A stretch of DNA of 64,000 nucleotides from Klebsormidium nitens (GCA_000708835.1 DF237096.1:1-64000); one strand, 5' to 3'. Counted from the first letter of the stretch, positions 1-13,391 are shown. Made by a program: numbers and translations. The notes: a model not told the origin generated them from the letters alone.

Positions 1-3000
1 CCTCCTACTGCAGCAGCGTGGTATCCATGATGTTCATCTCCTCGACGATGTATTGCGTGGTGTCGACCTGGATTCTGTCGCCCACCGAGAACGGATTCCG
101 CACGAACAGGAACATGAGGGACACGAACATGTCTTTGGCGGTGGTCCCAAAGATGAAGGTGGCGGGGAGGAGCCACGTCGAGATGATCACCTAAACAATG
201 TCGGGCTTTTGGGCTTTAGAATTGGCCACGTTTGCAAGAAAAGAGTTTTGGCGAAAAGCACTGCTTCCGGTTGCGAAATTTCAAGGGAATGCTTCTTTTG
301 GCAACAGTGCCGAAAATGAAGGTGGCGGGGAGGAGCCACGTCGAGATGATCACCTGGACGGAGTTAAAGGCTTTTCTTGCGTCGGCTGAACTTGAATTTG
401 ATTTGCCAATGTGACGACAACATCTGCTTACAACCACAATACTCTTTTACCGAACGCAAGGATCCTTGACGGTGTTCAAAGGATAATGGTAACAGGGAGG
501 TACCCCGTCGAATCAACAACGTAAATGACGTCAAAGCCACTAGCACTGAAACTTCCCAAGGTCCACAACTTCTGGATTGATAGGAAACGGAATGCTTTCA
601 ACCGCGAATCATGACTGTACTGACCGGACCTCGTGTCAGGGAAAGTAATTGAAGCAAGCATCTCGCCAGCACAAGTTTGATTGAGTGTGCGGCACATGAA
701 AGCAAGAAACCGCACAACCTTCAATATGCCGAAAACTTGGAGGAGTCAGAAGATATATGTCCTTAGGATACGGTCCCGCAAGCGTTGAAAGCAAGCTAGG
801 CCAAAACGTTTTCTTCCTACAGTCTCTCAAGTAGATTACAGGCCAACCGCTAGACTGCCAGGATCTGCGAGGCGCTGATGTCAGAAGACGAGCAGGTAAA
901 TACGGACGAGCAAGACGGCGAGGATGACGTCAGCAAGGGAGCAGGGGAACAGGGAGAAGAGAACAACAAGAAACGGACAAGGACGTAATCATTTAAGTCC
1001 TGAGACATATCAGCTGTAAGAGTCTCAGGAAACAAAACGATTGACACCTACCAGCAGCCGCGTGGCGCTGATGTTGAAAACGAGCAGATAGATGATGACG
1101 AGGAAGAGGGCGAGGATGACGTCAAGCACCCAGTGCAGCTTGGCCACCACCGTCTTGGTATCGCTCAGCGAGAGCGCCAGCGCCTTGCGCTCCTTGTAGA
1201 TGCCCACCACCTATCAGGACGTGCCACGTGTCAGGCGCCAGTAAAGGCTGGGTTTTCTCGGAAGCGCTTGTCGGAGGCGGTTTCTGTTCCATTCGGGATT
1301 CCAATCGATTCAGCGACCTGTAAGCCCCGTGAATAGTAACGGACTGGCAGGCTTAGTTTGGGGTTAAGTAATACGAGTGCAGAGCCCTTAACCCTCTATT
1401 TCCGGAATCTAATCAAAACTCGGGCTCACGTTTACCCAGATCACGAAACCGTATCGATGAGACGCTGACAGACACAAGCAGACTCCTGCAATTGTAGGAG
1501 TGTAGCAGTCGGGATGCGGGGTGAGAGAGACCACGGTCATGCCCTAAATCTTTTCCAAGGTTGCCTAGTTCGATTGGACACCAGCTCCTTGAACCTCGTG
1601 CTCCCGTCGAAGATTATGATCCAACAATTTCACGCTCAGAGACAAAGTCAAAGCTCCTTTCGTATCCACTCACCCAATTGATGAGCGCCTGCTTCGCACT
1701 CCTGTCTCTCCCTTTCTGACAAGCGTCTCCAACTTTCCAACTTATGAGGCTGATTCAGGCATTCACTTGACCAAAGGGTCAATGTTTCGCCGAAAGAACA
1801 CTCTCCAAACGCCTACTTGACTCAAACAGCTACTGACCCAGTTGATGAGCGCCTGCTTGGTGATCCTTTTGTCCTCCTTCTTCTTGAGAGCATTGTCAAA
1901 TGCAAGCCACTCAAAGCACGCACCCAAATGGTCCAAAGCGTGAACATTTCGGCTAGAAGACGAACTTCAGAGCTGAACAAATAGCTGCTCACCCAGTTGA
2001 CGAGCGCCAGCTTGGTGATCCGGCCCCGCTCCACGCCCTCGAACGTGCACAGCGCGCGCTCCGCGGTCGCCTCGTCGAGGAAGTGCAGCAGGTCGTCTTC
2101 CGTGAGGTAGTTCTGCCCCGGGCTGGCCACGTTGCGGAAGATGCGCCGCGCCACCGCCTTCGCCTGAAATTCGCTGTCGATCTCCGACTCGTCCTGTACG
2201 AAACAGTGTGAAAAGATTTGCCGGCTTTCTTCAAAAGAGAGGACAAAGTTTGTCCGAAGATATTTTGATGAGGAAAATTTGTTGATGCCGTGTGTTACGT
2301 CACCGCCTTGGCTTGGGAATCGCTGCGATCTCTGGCTCGTCCTGTACGAAGAAGCGTCAAAGAAGTTGCTTGGATTGTCCGAAAGAGCGTATGAAGGGTG
2401 TCCAAAGACTGTTTGCCACAAGGGAAGATTCGTCGTGTGTTGCGCCACCGCCTTAACCTGAAATGCTGGCAATCTCCAAGTCGTCCTGCTTGAAAGAGCG
2501 TCCGAAAGGAGTTCCGGAAGTGTTTACAAGAGCGACTGAATATTGGTTGAAGAAAATCTGCAGCAAAGAAGAAGAAGAAGAAGTCCGCTGTTGATGCCGC
2601 GCGCCGCGCTACCGCCTGGCCTGGAACTCGCTGTCGTCCCGCAGAGATGCGTCCGCAAAGCAGTTGTGAGCGGTGAAGGATGATTGAAGAGTGTCTGAAA
2701 CGAATCCATCTTGCCAAAAGACCGTTCGGTTGGTAGCAGCAAAAATGCGCTGCTGACCGCCTACCTGAGGCTAGCTAGCGATCTTCGAGGAGGCGTCCTG
2801 AGGAAAGGGATCCCCACGCGTTATGCTGAGCAGGGAAGCATTTTATTAATGCGTCTACAGGAGCGCTTGAAAGGTGTGCAAAGAGTGTCTTGGTAGATCG
2901 AAGGGAAAGTCAATTTATCAAAAGCCGAGTGTGTCACCCCTTGGTCTGAAAGTCGCTATCGATCTTCAGGACGTCCTGCTCTGACCAAAGGTGGGCCCGA

Positions 3001-6000
3001 AAGTGTCCAGAATAAGGTCAAAATTGGGTCAAAAGAGTATTCAATGACAGTAGAAGATGATTGGTAAGGAGCACTAAGCACAATTGCGGCGTGACTGCCT
3101 GAAATCGGCTGGACCTTCGCTCAGTCACTCTGCCAGAGCGTTCAAAAGACCGATAGAGGGTGTCCAGAGAGAGGCCCGAAGACGATACTACTATGATTTC
3201 TGAGCAAAGTGGTGAGCGGACTATCTGCCGGATGCGCAATGAACAGAGCATATTACTTGGCATTGCTGATGATTCCCACTTTTGGAGTGAGGAAAGCGTC
3301 GCATGATTTTCGGAAGATGCCTGTGCAGCGTCCAGTTTGTGTGCGACATGTGGAAACAACAACCTGGTCGTCCTTGAAGACCAAATCGCCCCACCAAAGA
3401 ACGCACATCTCGACAATATTTCCAAAAAAGTGCTCCAGTGCCTGTGACTATGCGCTGCTAGTTTCGGGTCAGCCTGCAAAGACCTTCGGTAACACCTCTC
3501 TTACAAACACAGACGGTTTTCAGAACGCACAAGCGGGCTTCCCACCTGGTGCGAGATGATGGACGAGTACGTCCGGATCTTGGTGCTCCGGACGAACTTG
3601 ACCAGCTTCTTGAGCCCGTACGCGGACACCGTGTCCGACGTCAGGTACTGCAGCTTGTGCGCCTCGATCGGGATGGCGCTCTTCACCTGAGTACTCGGAG
3701 CACATGGGTTTCAGAACGAAGTATACTTTCGAAGAAGCAGTACGGTCCTGAATTCAAGATTGCTCGGAGCGAAATCGGATGCATTTGGTTGGTCGATTCA
3801 AAGTAACGAGCTCAGCTGCTACATATAAGAAGTCTTTTTCAGCGATCCCTTTTCTACCGTTTATCTCGGGGAATTTTCCTCAAAGAAATGCACGCTACAA
3901 GCAGCAACTGATGTACTGATTGTGCTCAAGAAGCATGTTCGCGCTCTTAAGTGGTCAGCGCGCGCTTTTCCTACATACCGGAAGCCTGCCGCCCAAGCTA
4001 CCGTGGTAAGTTCGCGAGAGCTTTACCTGTGCGCCAGGTGTCGGCACCCGGATGCTTCGACTCGAGTGGGGCGATTCCTGATTCCCGACATTACCCCTGA
4101 TGTCAGCAGCATCCCCGGATGACCTCATCCGCGTGAGCCGCGGGTTCGGAGCATCTTCCACAATCCCGGGACCGTTTTCCAAACCCCGCGCATCGCCGTT
4201 CCGCTCCATATAGTTTCGTTCCTCAGGCACCGCCGGCTTCTGAGCCGAACGTGCGCTTGAGCCCGCCTTTCGGAACCGTGACCTCCGGCGGGGCCTCGTG
4301 TTGGTCTGTGGCGGGAACGATCGAGCTGGGTTGCGAGAGCTGTTCGAGCAAGAACTGCCGAAACAGGGCCTCTTGTATGCGGTCGAAGTAGGCGCGGCGG
4401 TGGAAGCCGTTGGCCGCGACTTTTACGAGGAGGACCTTGAGGACCGCTAGTGCGCTCGTGATCTGCAGGATCGGGGTATGTTCTTCGGTGCAGATTGGAA
4501 CGGACACTAACTCTGCAGTAAGTGTAGATATGGCCCTGAAAGCCAACAAGTCTGCGAGTGCTTTTGTCTGCGGAAGCGAGCCGGATTCCTAAGAGGATGA
4601 CGAGGAGACCGATCGATCTGGAGAAGGTCAAGGAAACCGCTTTGATCAACATGCAGGGTAAGCGGAATCGAAGCCAACGGGCTGGAAGCTAGACGAGATG
4701 CATATCAAGCAGAAAAGGTTGGGAGAGATATTGACGAATCTGACGGCACTCGGGGACTTCCAGCACAAGAGAGTGGTAAGACCAGAGAAACCTGGAAAAG
4801 AAGCCAGGCGGGTCACAATTGAGCCAGCTTTTGGCACCCTCCAGGATCTTTGGTAACACCACGATCACATTTGAGCAAGCAAGAGAGTGAGAAATACACC
4901 GGACGAGGACAAGCACATGGACGTGGAGAGTAACTGTGGAGGCAAAGAAGTGGGCGACAGGGAATACGGATTTTTGGCTCACCTGAAGGCAGATTAGGAT
5001 CTTGGAGATGATGTTGAGCTTGCGAGCGGAGGCGGTCTTGGGGTCGTAGAAGATGAACCAGACTAACAGCACCTGTGGGGAACGGGACGTAAAACTGGTC
5101 CTGGTCACTTGATGTTACTTTCTGAAGTCTCTCGGTCCTTCAAATAAGTGTCCGGTCTTTCAAGATTGAGAATTGAGAGCTCCTGGCCGATGAGGGGATT
5201 AGCGAGGCGGCAGCAAACGCAAAAGTCGACCAGGGGCACTGCTGTCTTCGTCTGAGACTCTGCTCATTCAAGGCGACTCTACTAAGTGCTCACGAAAGCG
5301 TCACGCTCTGAAAGCTTTTCTAAGAGAATGCAGCTGTCAAGCATTCCAACTTTCGCACGAGGATGGAAACAAGGACAAGCATTTCTTCGCATGCTGGGCG
5401 CTCGTTGATGATGACGTCAGCATGACGCACCTGCGCGAGCCAGAGGCAGTTGGCGACGCTCTTGCGCAGGCCGTAGACGAAGTAGAGGACGCGGTTCTTG
5501 AGCAGGAAGTTGCGCTCGATGACGCGCACCAGCAGCTTCACGAGCCACGACGCAATGTAGCGACCGGAGAGGAGCACGAAGGCCAGCAGGAGCCACTGCA
5601 CAGATTAGACATGGCTTCAAAGCCTCGTCCCGCTTCTGTGAAAGTTCAGAGCGTCTGAGCGTTTCTTTCAGCCTATTACAGTTGCAGGGCAAGGGTTGCG
5701 GCGGGGCTCGCTTGAGGTTTAGGGTGAGATGGGGTCTGTAAAGCTGCACCTTTTTTTACTTGTAAAGGCCGGCAATGTGTCGGTTTGAGTTTCTCGCTCA
5801 TCGCACATTTGAGCTCTCTGACAGAAGGAAGCGACTGCTCGCACTTGCTCAGTAGAACTCGATTGAGTAGCGAATGTCGTTCAAGCAAACGAGTTTGCAG
5901 CAGGTTCTGAATCGCTTACAGTTGCCCACGAGTTGACATCGAGGAAGATTAGGGCGTCTGGTTTTAAAGGAAAAACATCCGGCACAGACCCCTTCAAAGC

Positions 6001-8205
6001 AGACGAGTACCACTGTGATTTTGCTTCCGGAGGGTACAGGACAACACCAGTCTTGCTAGGCTTGCCTTCCATATTTCCAGGTCGAGCCATTTGTCCTTCC
6101 TGGGGGGGTTCACAACGGCAGTAACGATGACCCCCGCCAAGAGGAGAACTGTGACCAGCAGTTGAATGAACATGAAACAGGACAGGCGCTTGTCTGGTTT
6201 CGTCTCTTCGGGGAGAATCTCGTCATCCTGCATCAAAAGAGGCAAGGCTTGTTCAGCAAAGAGAACAGGGTACCTACTGTGCTGCAATCATAAATGCTCG
6301 AAAATTCAGCAACAACGTACTGAGCTCCCGAAGTCGATTGTGAGGCTTTGACTTCTTCGCTGGATCAGCCCGCTTTCCAAAGGGCTGATATGTTCTGAAA
6401 GTGCATGCTTCAAGCAGCAACGGCGCGCACTCGGAAGCAGTCAATTCAGGCAAAGAGACTGAGAAAGCGGACGGCACACGGACTCTGGCTTATTGTATTG
6501 TCCACTATGATCCTTTATTGAGACGCTTGCGTCTTCTAGTCACCAGAGTCCTTTTAAAACGAACCCGTACCTGGAAAGGGTCGTTTTCCTGAGGGGATAT
6601 CGGTCCAGACTTTGGTACTGTAGACTTGGGCGACTTTTCCAGCGGTCCTGATCGACTTGGAGTGGAACGTTGCACAAAGCGCGGGGTCGCTGGGTTGCTG
6701 GACGTAGCTTTGGGGGTGGGAAGGATTGTGTCGTTCTCCTGCAAACGAGATCTGCAGAGTAGGCGCCAGAATGTTGACAGGTGACTCACATTTTTGAGAG
6801 ACTGCTTGCCAACAGCAAGTAAGAGATGCTTGAGGGCGCAAGTGCTCGAAGGAGTTGATACAGTCCCATCCTCACAAACTTAAGAGTTGTGAAAAAACAG
6901 ATTCAGCGAGCAAGCCAGAAAGGTGACTTCCCAAGCGCACGAAGATAAAACCACTTTGAGTACCCTTCAGGTCAGAGTTGCCACCCATAAGATTCGCAGT
7001 TCTTAATGACAATACTCTGGCTCTGCTTCAATCCAAGCTTCTGGACTGGTCCGAGTTCCTTGCCTGGTGTATATGCGAGTCAGCCTGACAGCATGTGCGG
7101 CGCTTCGGAACCGTAGGTTGGGACCGCGCGGTCCTGCCGTTGCCTCCCCATTGCTGCTGCTGTCTTCGTCGACAGTCACTGAGAAAGTTCGTGGCGACCC
7201 GGCGGTAGAGTTGGCCCTTGGGGCACCTTCAAAGCATAAAACGTTAGGACTAGGTTACCAGCTCAGAGTACAGAAACTTGGGACATATCTGCAAGCTGCC
7301 AGTGGAGGGGCATAGACGCTTGCTTCCAAGGGCTAGTCAATCTGATCTCATCAAGGAAGGGAGTGGCAGCGTTCAATCAATGATTTACCAAAAGCGCAAC
7401 TCAAAGGAAGTTGCACTTTCGTTGCCAGAGTCTCAGACTCAGGGTCGTATGGAGCATTTTGATCTACATGGTCAAATGTACACACCGTCAGGTTTGTATA
7501 GGAAGAAAGCTACCATTATATACTTGATGTTTCTTTGATTGCTTCCTAGGCTGGGATCACAACCAGGTGCAATGTTGAGAAACTTTTTTCGCTTCTGAAC
7601 ATCTGAAGACAGCAAGATCCTCAACACGCACACTAGGTGAAATTCTGACTAGCTGTATGGGCAGCCTGTGCTATTGTGAACGGTGAATGGCTTTCACATT
7701 GTGCCATACAGACAGCTTTTGTGGGGAATGATACACCTTTCAAAACATAATGCAGACCTCCATCAACGACTGGCTCCTTGGCAGTCCCACTTCCCATTAC
7801 TATCAGCTGCTTGCCATCAGTTGCAGGAATTTAGCTACTGATTGAAGCTGATTTGTGAACCACTGCAATGCATAATGGAAAGCCACCAATTGAGATCCCC
7901 CAAGCAAATACTACGGCCTCAAGAGTCTTACCTGACAAAGGGCCAGATTTTGGCAGCTCTACACTTCCCATCACTCTTGGCGAGCCTGGTGGAATTGACA
8001 AGCGGAAGTCTGGCTGCCTTGTGTTTGATGGCTGCACTTGGCTCAAATCTGCTGACGGCTCCGCATCTCTGACATGGGGACTGGATAGCTTCTGGTAACT
8101 CTGCTTCTGCGAGTTGCCTGAGAACATTCTGGACATGATAGGGGCTGGTGCTTCGTCCTTGCCATCTGTACTCCATTCTGATATCCGCTGTGGCGTAGGG
8201 TCCAT
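1..8205 (-). CDS. MSL10: MscS-like mechanosensitive channel, MSL4-10 (MSL10-like) class; multi-exon, 3' end beyond window start
   Basis: Exons read on minus strand: 8205-7932, 7226-7064, 6751-6571, 6227-6066, ~5597-5434, 5072-4983, 4462-4027, 3686-3546, 2193-1993, 1210-1052, 190-<1. Translation contains LEIWKWLLLAFVLLSGR, FLLKNRVLYFVYGLRKSV, FHRRAYFDRIQEALF, SEFQAKAVARRIFRNVA, YKERKALALSLSDTKTVVAKL and FLFVRNPFSVGDRIQVD (MscS domain), typical of plant MSL4-10. The symbol denotes the class, not proven orthology. Confidence 0.9.
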
Positions 8206-8725
8206 GCTGCAAAGATTGCTCAATAGAGCTCAACCACCAGACTCTCAGAGATTCAAAGCAGAAGAGGTCAGCCCCCGCCTCTTCCAAACCCTGTCAAAGA
8301 AGCGCCCTCTCTACATTAAAATGCACCTCTATCAATCAGATTCGTACATCTGGCGTGACAACCTGAAGGCCTCCCGTAGCGCCACAATTGATCTTGGGAA
8401 CAGAGCTCTCTTGAAAGGGAACCCTGGTCCACTGCCACTGCCAGGGAGCGAGTCATGCACTCACCAAACCCTGAATTTGTGACGAGGAGTATAGAATCTT
8501 CGGCGTCGTTCCAGCGCTCCAAAATGCTCGCCTTCTCTTACCTATGTTTTGCGTGCGCCGTTTCAGCGCTGCTCATATGCTGAATTCGACGCCGAAAGAC
8601 GTTGGATCGAATCGGGAGTCGGAAGAAGCATGGTCGCTGCAGCTGAGCTCCGGTCTTGAAAGCTTCCTTGACTTGCAACTTGAACAGGCCGCTTCCCAGC
8701 ACATCGGGTGGAGTGCTATCACATC

Positions 8726-11700
8726 ATGGCTACTGAACTGGAGCGCAAAGGCAATGCCTTGTTTGTTGACGAGGATTATGATGCAGCCTTGGAGTGCTAC
8801 ACCCAGGGAGTGGAGATGGATCCCGGCAATGCCAGCCTTTACGCTAGCCGGGCGGCGGCGCATCTGAAGTTGGAAAATTTTCTCGGTAAGCATTTCTCTA
8901 ACATAAGGCCTACTCTGTCTACAAAGGCATCTAACAAAGCCTGAGGGGCAAGAAATCTCAAGTTTTATGGAACTTGTCTGACAAGCTCTTACATCATTTC
9001 GTATCCTGGTATCTGTCTAATTAAGAAGGAAGTGCTGTAACGCCATAAATGGTGGTGCGCACTTACTAGATTTTGTACTTTCTGCAAAGATTGTGTGTTT
9101 GAAGGCATGACTAATCGGTTTTGTTCAGTCTGTTCATACTGTCCTTCATCTTGGGGCAAGCACACTCTTGTTGCTTTGTGATTTCCACCAAATTCGCTAT
9201 TGAAGCAAGTGTGCTATTTTTCAAGTGGGCCAAGGTCCATCTCCATATTTTGCTCTTTGCAGATGCTATCGTGGATGCAAACAAAGCCATCGAGATCGAC
9301 CCTAGCATAAGCAAGGCATACCTGAGAAAAGGGTGAGACATACTGGATGGCAGTGTCCTAGCAAGTGCTTTTTCTGACCTCGGCTGAAGTGGTTTCTTGA
9401 ATATTTCAGGCTTTTGAACGAGTTTTGCAACTTAAGAGCCAACACGTTCTGAAGTGCAAAGCTTGGTCCAGGCACCACACAAATTTGTGCGGCTTATTTG
9501 TCCAGACTGCTTGGACATTAGGACCCCTTCATCCATCCAGAGGCATCAAAGTCCCCAGATCGAAGAATTCAACAGTTCGTCTCACCAAACCGGATGGCAG
9601 CTATTTTGAAGTACAATCTACATATACTTGTCTACTATTGAATATATTCTCCATCACATGTAGATATTCAGCAAGCTTTGACATGCTCTCTTGCGCAGGA
9701 TGGCATGCTTCTCACTTGAGGAGTTCCAGACCGCCAAGGCAACATTTGAGCAGGGGCTCAAGCTGGACCCCAAAAACTCCCAGTACAAGACATGGATCCG
9801 CAAGTGCGACGTGGAGCTAGCAGGTGATGCTTCTCTCTGATTTGGTACGGCAGATCCCAATATATCTTTGTTGCTGCCTACCTCTTCCGTGATGTCACAC
9901 AATCCTCATTCCCATTCATCTAGTCGGTCTTTCTTTCTGGGCAGAAGATTGAAGGATGGTCTTATGCATACATTCTTACCGTGTGAGAGGCTTGCAGACT
10001 AAAGGAATGATGAGATGTAGGGGCTTTAGTAGCCACATTGAATGCTTGCTGTCGATGCTAACTCCGCCAAGTGACGAAGCTTTTCCACGTTTTATTAAAT
10101 GTTTATCCCCAGGTTTTATCGTAGTTTTCTCTCTTTATAAACTGTATAAGATGTGTTTCAGAGATATCCTCACGTGTTCTCTTTCTTGTTTGGCTGCTGC
10201 TTACAGTACCCTGTTGTTCTCCTTCTCGGCATGTATGATCTTCTCCTGTGCTTTGCTTATCAGAGCAACTCAGATTTTCTCATCAGCATCCCCTCGTGCT
10301 AATTTAATGTCACCATTGCAGATGAAAATGAGCCCTCAGAACCAGCACCCGCTGTCACCAGTTCCGTTCCGACTCCTACCACCTCAAGCCAACCAGCGAA
10401 AGAGTCTCCGTCTGTCAGTCCCAAAACGGAAGTAAAGGACGAGGAGACAGCAGAGGCGCCTGAGCCAAGCCCTCCACAAGTCTCGCAGCCGCCGCTACCG
10501 CCGCCCAAGTACAGGTATGTGTTTATGGTGGACGTGTGTCGAGATTGATGATCGGTAAACAGCGATTGCATTGCTTGTCTGGTAAGCAGAGACTGCTTCA
10601 TGCGTGATGCTTGATGACTTTGCAGCGGATTCGGTTCCCAGGCTCCGTATTGAACCTCTTGCAGAGGATTGATTAAGGAGACCTTGGCAGAGGCTTCTGC
10701 TTCTTGTCTAGTCCCGAGCATGGACTCTCGGTAACCACTTTAATCGTACTTCTGTCGAGTTTCTACAGATTGACAGATTGCGTCCAGGAAGTGAGGCCTG
10801 AAGGTGTAGCATAATGTCAAGGCCCTCAATATACGAAGGCGACTGAGCAAGATTGCATTTGTCTGCAGACATGAGTTCTATCAAACAGCCACCCAAGTAA
10901 CAGTGACTGTGTTCGCGAAGAAGATCAAAGCAGAGGAGCTGAAAGTGGAGATCGGGGTACAAACGGTAAGTCGTCTTGCTCACGAGCTCCAACAAACACA
11001 GACCGGTCATCCATGCTGTCCTCGATGAACATTATGCAAGTCAACGTCAGCCTTCTGATCTTCGAACTTTTGCAATTCTTGACCCGAAGCTCGATCAATC
11101 GGTGCCTGTCTTGAAAGCCTGCGATCCACCCAGCAAAACACCAGTATCATGTTGGCTTCTCGAACTCGTAGGTCGTAATTGGGTAAGAAGCTGCAAGAAT
11201 CGATGGCGTCGCTTTACCTGTCCAAAGTGGTTTTGTTTTGTTGCAGCTGAGCGTCAAGATCGACACGGGAGACGGGGATCCCTATTCTCTGCAGCTGCGG
11301 CTATACGGAAAGGTATGCTCGTCGATACACTAGCAGTAACGTAGGCACCTCTCGGTATCGACCAGGAATGGATCTGCCTCTTGGTTCCTATACTTGACCT
11401 TTGAAACACGCACACGAAAGCGCATCCGAACTTTAAAAGACACGGCGAAGGAATACTCGGAGCCTCGAACAAGCTCTCTGTAGGGAAGACTGCAACGCAG
11501 GAATTCTGAGCAAGATCGAAAGAACGGCCAAGCCCCAAGAAAGCCCTGCTTCTTGAGTGGTACAGGCTTCGCTTAGAGTTAGCCTTGCTTTGAAGCTGCG
11601 TGTGCGAGGTCTGTGGCTTTCTAAGCGATTGCCGTACTTTTACGTGAGTATGGCAAAGGGTCCTTTCTTTCTTTCCTTGAAACTCATTTCGTATTTCACA

Positions 11701-13391
11701 AGTGAACGACGGGTCAATCAGCAATCAGCCATAAGCAACTCTTTCCTTCAATCTTTGAAGGTGGTTCCAGAAAAGAGCCGACACATCCTTATGGGGACCA
11801 AAATCGAGATCAAGCTTGAGAAAGCGGAGTCAATCCAATGGACGGGCCTCGACTACGCCGCCAGGAAGCTAGACCAGCCCGTCAACGTGTCCAACGGTAT
11901 GTCATCGCCCATTGCTGACGGCTTCTTTTCTTCTACATTTCCAAGTCTTGCTTGGATGTCCCCTTCTTTGGTAGAACGTGAAGCACCTCGCCTACCTGTG
12001 TGGTCAGTTCGTGACTTCACCATCTTCTGCAGTCTGGTGAGTCCTTTTATCGAACACAATGCACGGTAGTCGTTACGACTGTCGGGTCCGGCGTTTGCTT
12101 TCAAGCTTTCTCCCTTGTTCTCTAAGCAGTCTCGCTCTCCCATTCAGCTCGTTGAGTCTACTTCCACAGGATGGCGCATAGATACTTGAAGCCACAATCT
12201 ATGCATTGTGGAAGTACGATGGAGCAATAACCCGACACTGATGTTTTAGATGGCCAGAGCCCATCACTTGGGTGCTTACTTCACTATGCTCAGTCTGTTG
12301 AATCGGCCTCGCGCAGAAGGGTTTCGAAATCCAGAGGCCCGGCTTTAGCTCTGGCTTCATGGGATCTTGAAAACGGTGTACCGAAGTGATTGAATATGAC
12401 GGTCAGAGGCGGGCCGAGCCGACGGGCCGTAATTCAGAGGCGGTAACAAAAGAACGAACTCTAGGACGTCACGACCCTGTGGGTATTAGCCGCAAACAAA
12501 AACAGCGGCAGTGTCAACGCGCTCGCTTTCTTCCACCGGAAGGGATCTGAGCCAATGGACTTAGTCAAGCTGGAGGAGAGACTCAAAATCTGCAATTACC
12601 ATACGCCAAAGGTCCATACCGACCACGTGCAGAAACGGCGGCAGTGTCGACATGTGTCTTCCCCTCGTCTCGGAAGCGCCAAGGGAGGGACAAGCTGGAA
12701 GCGAGCAACAGTTTTCAAATCTTATCACCACTGAAGATCCGGGTATCGACAGTTTGATTGCGTGCAGAAACGGCGGCGGTGTCAGCGCGCGTGTTCCCTT
12801 CTTCTCGGAAGCGCCCGGAGCCGATGGACTGGGACAAGCTAGAGGCGAGCATCAAGGCCGAAGAGAAGGACGAGAAGCTGGAGGGCGACGCGGGGCTGAA
12901 CAAGCTGTTTCAGCAGATCTACGCCAACGCAGACGAGGACATGCGGCGCGCGATGAACAAGTCGTATGTGAGTCGCTTTGGCCTACACGTTATTTCGTGG
13001 CAGCCAATCAGCTTTGGATGTGCCCTGGTGCTGGCTGTCAGCAGGGAAAGCGGTTGGCTCAAATGACACGATGCGAATAACAGCATGGTCTTACGAGCCT
13101 GACTCCGAAGTCCTCAGAAATGAGGAAAATTGCAACCGCATCCCTTCACACTGAATTCGGCACCACCTTCTTGTGAATGATGATAATGTCCGGCGACGAA
13201 GTGGGCAGTAGTCCTGTAGGACAGCGATAGAGAGCAAGCCCGCTTATAGGGTTTATCTCCGTCCACAGTTTAGCTTCTAACTTGTGTGAAATATTTTGTA
13301 GGTCGAGTCAGGAGGGACGACCCTGTCTACGGATTGGAAAGACGTGGGCAGCAAGTTCATCGCGCCCCATGGATCCAGCAAGGACAAGTAA
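8726..13391 (+). CDS. SGT1: SGT1 co-chaperone (TPR-CS-SGS domains)
   Basis: Nine phase-consistent exons: 8726-8885, 9263-9332, 9699-9823, 10322-10514, 10869-10965, 11247-11312, 11761-11896, 12768-12967, 13302-13391. TPR region ([21 protein letters not shown]...KAYLRKG), CS domain ([21 protein letters not shown]...[15 protein letters not shown]), SGS domain (DWDKLEA...[41 protein letters not shown]). Confidence 0.96.
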
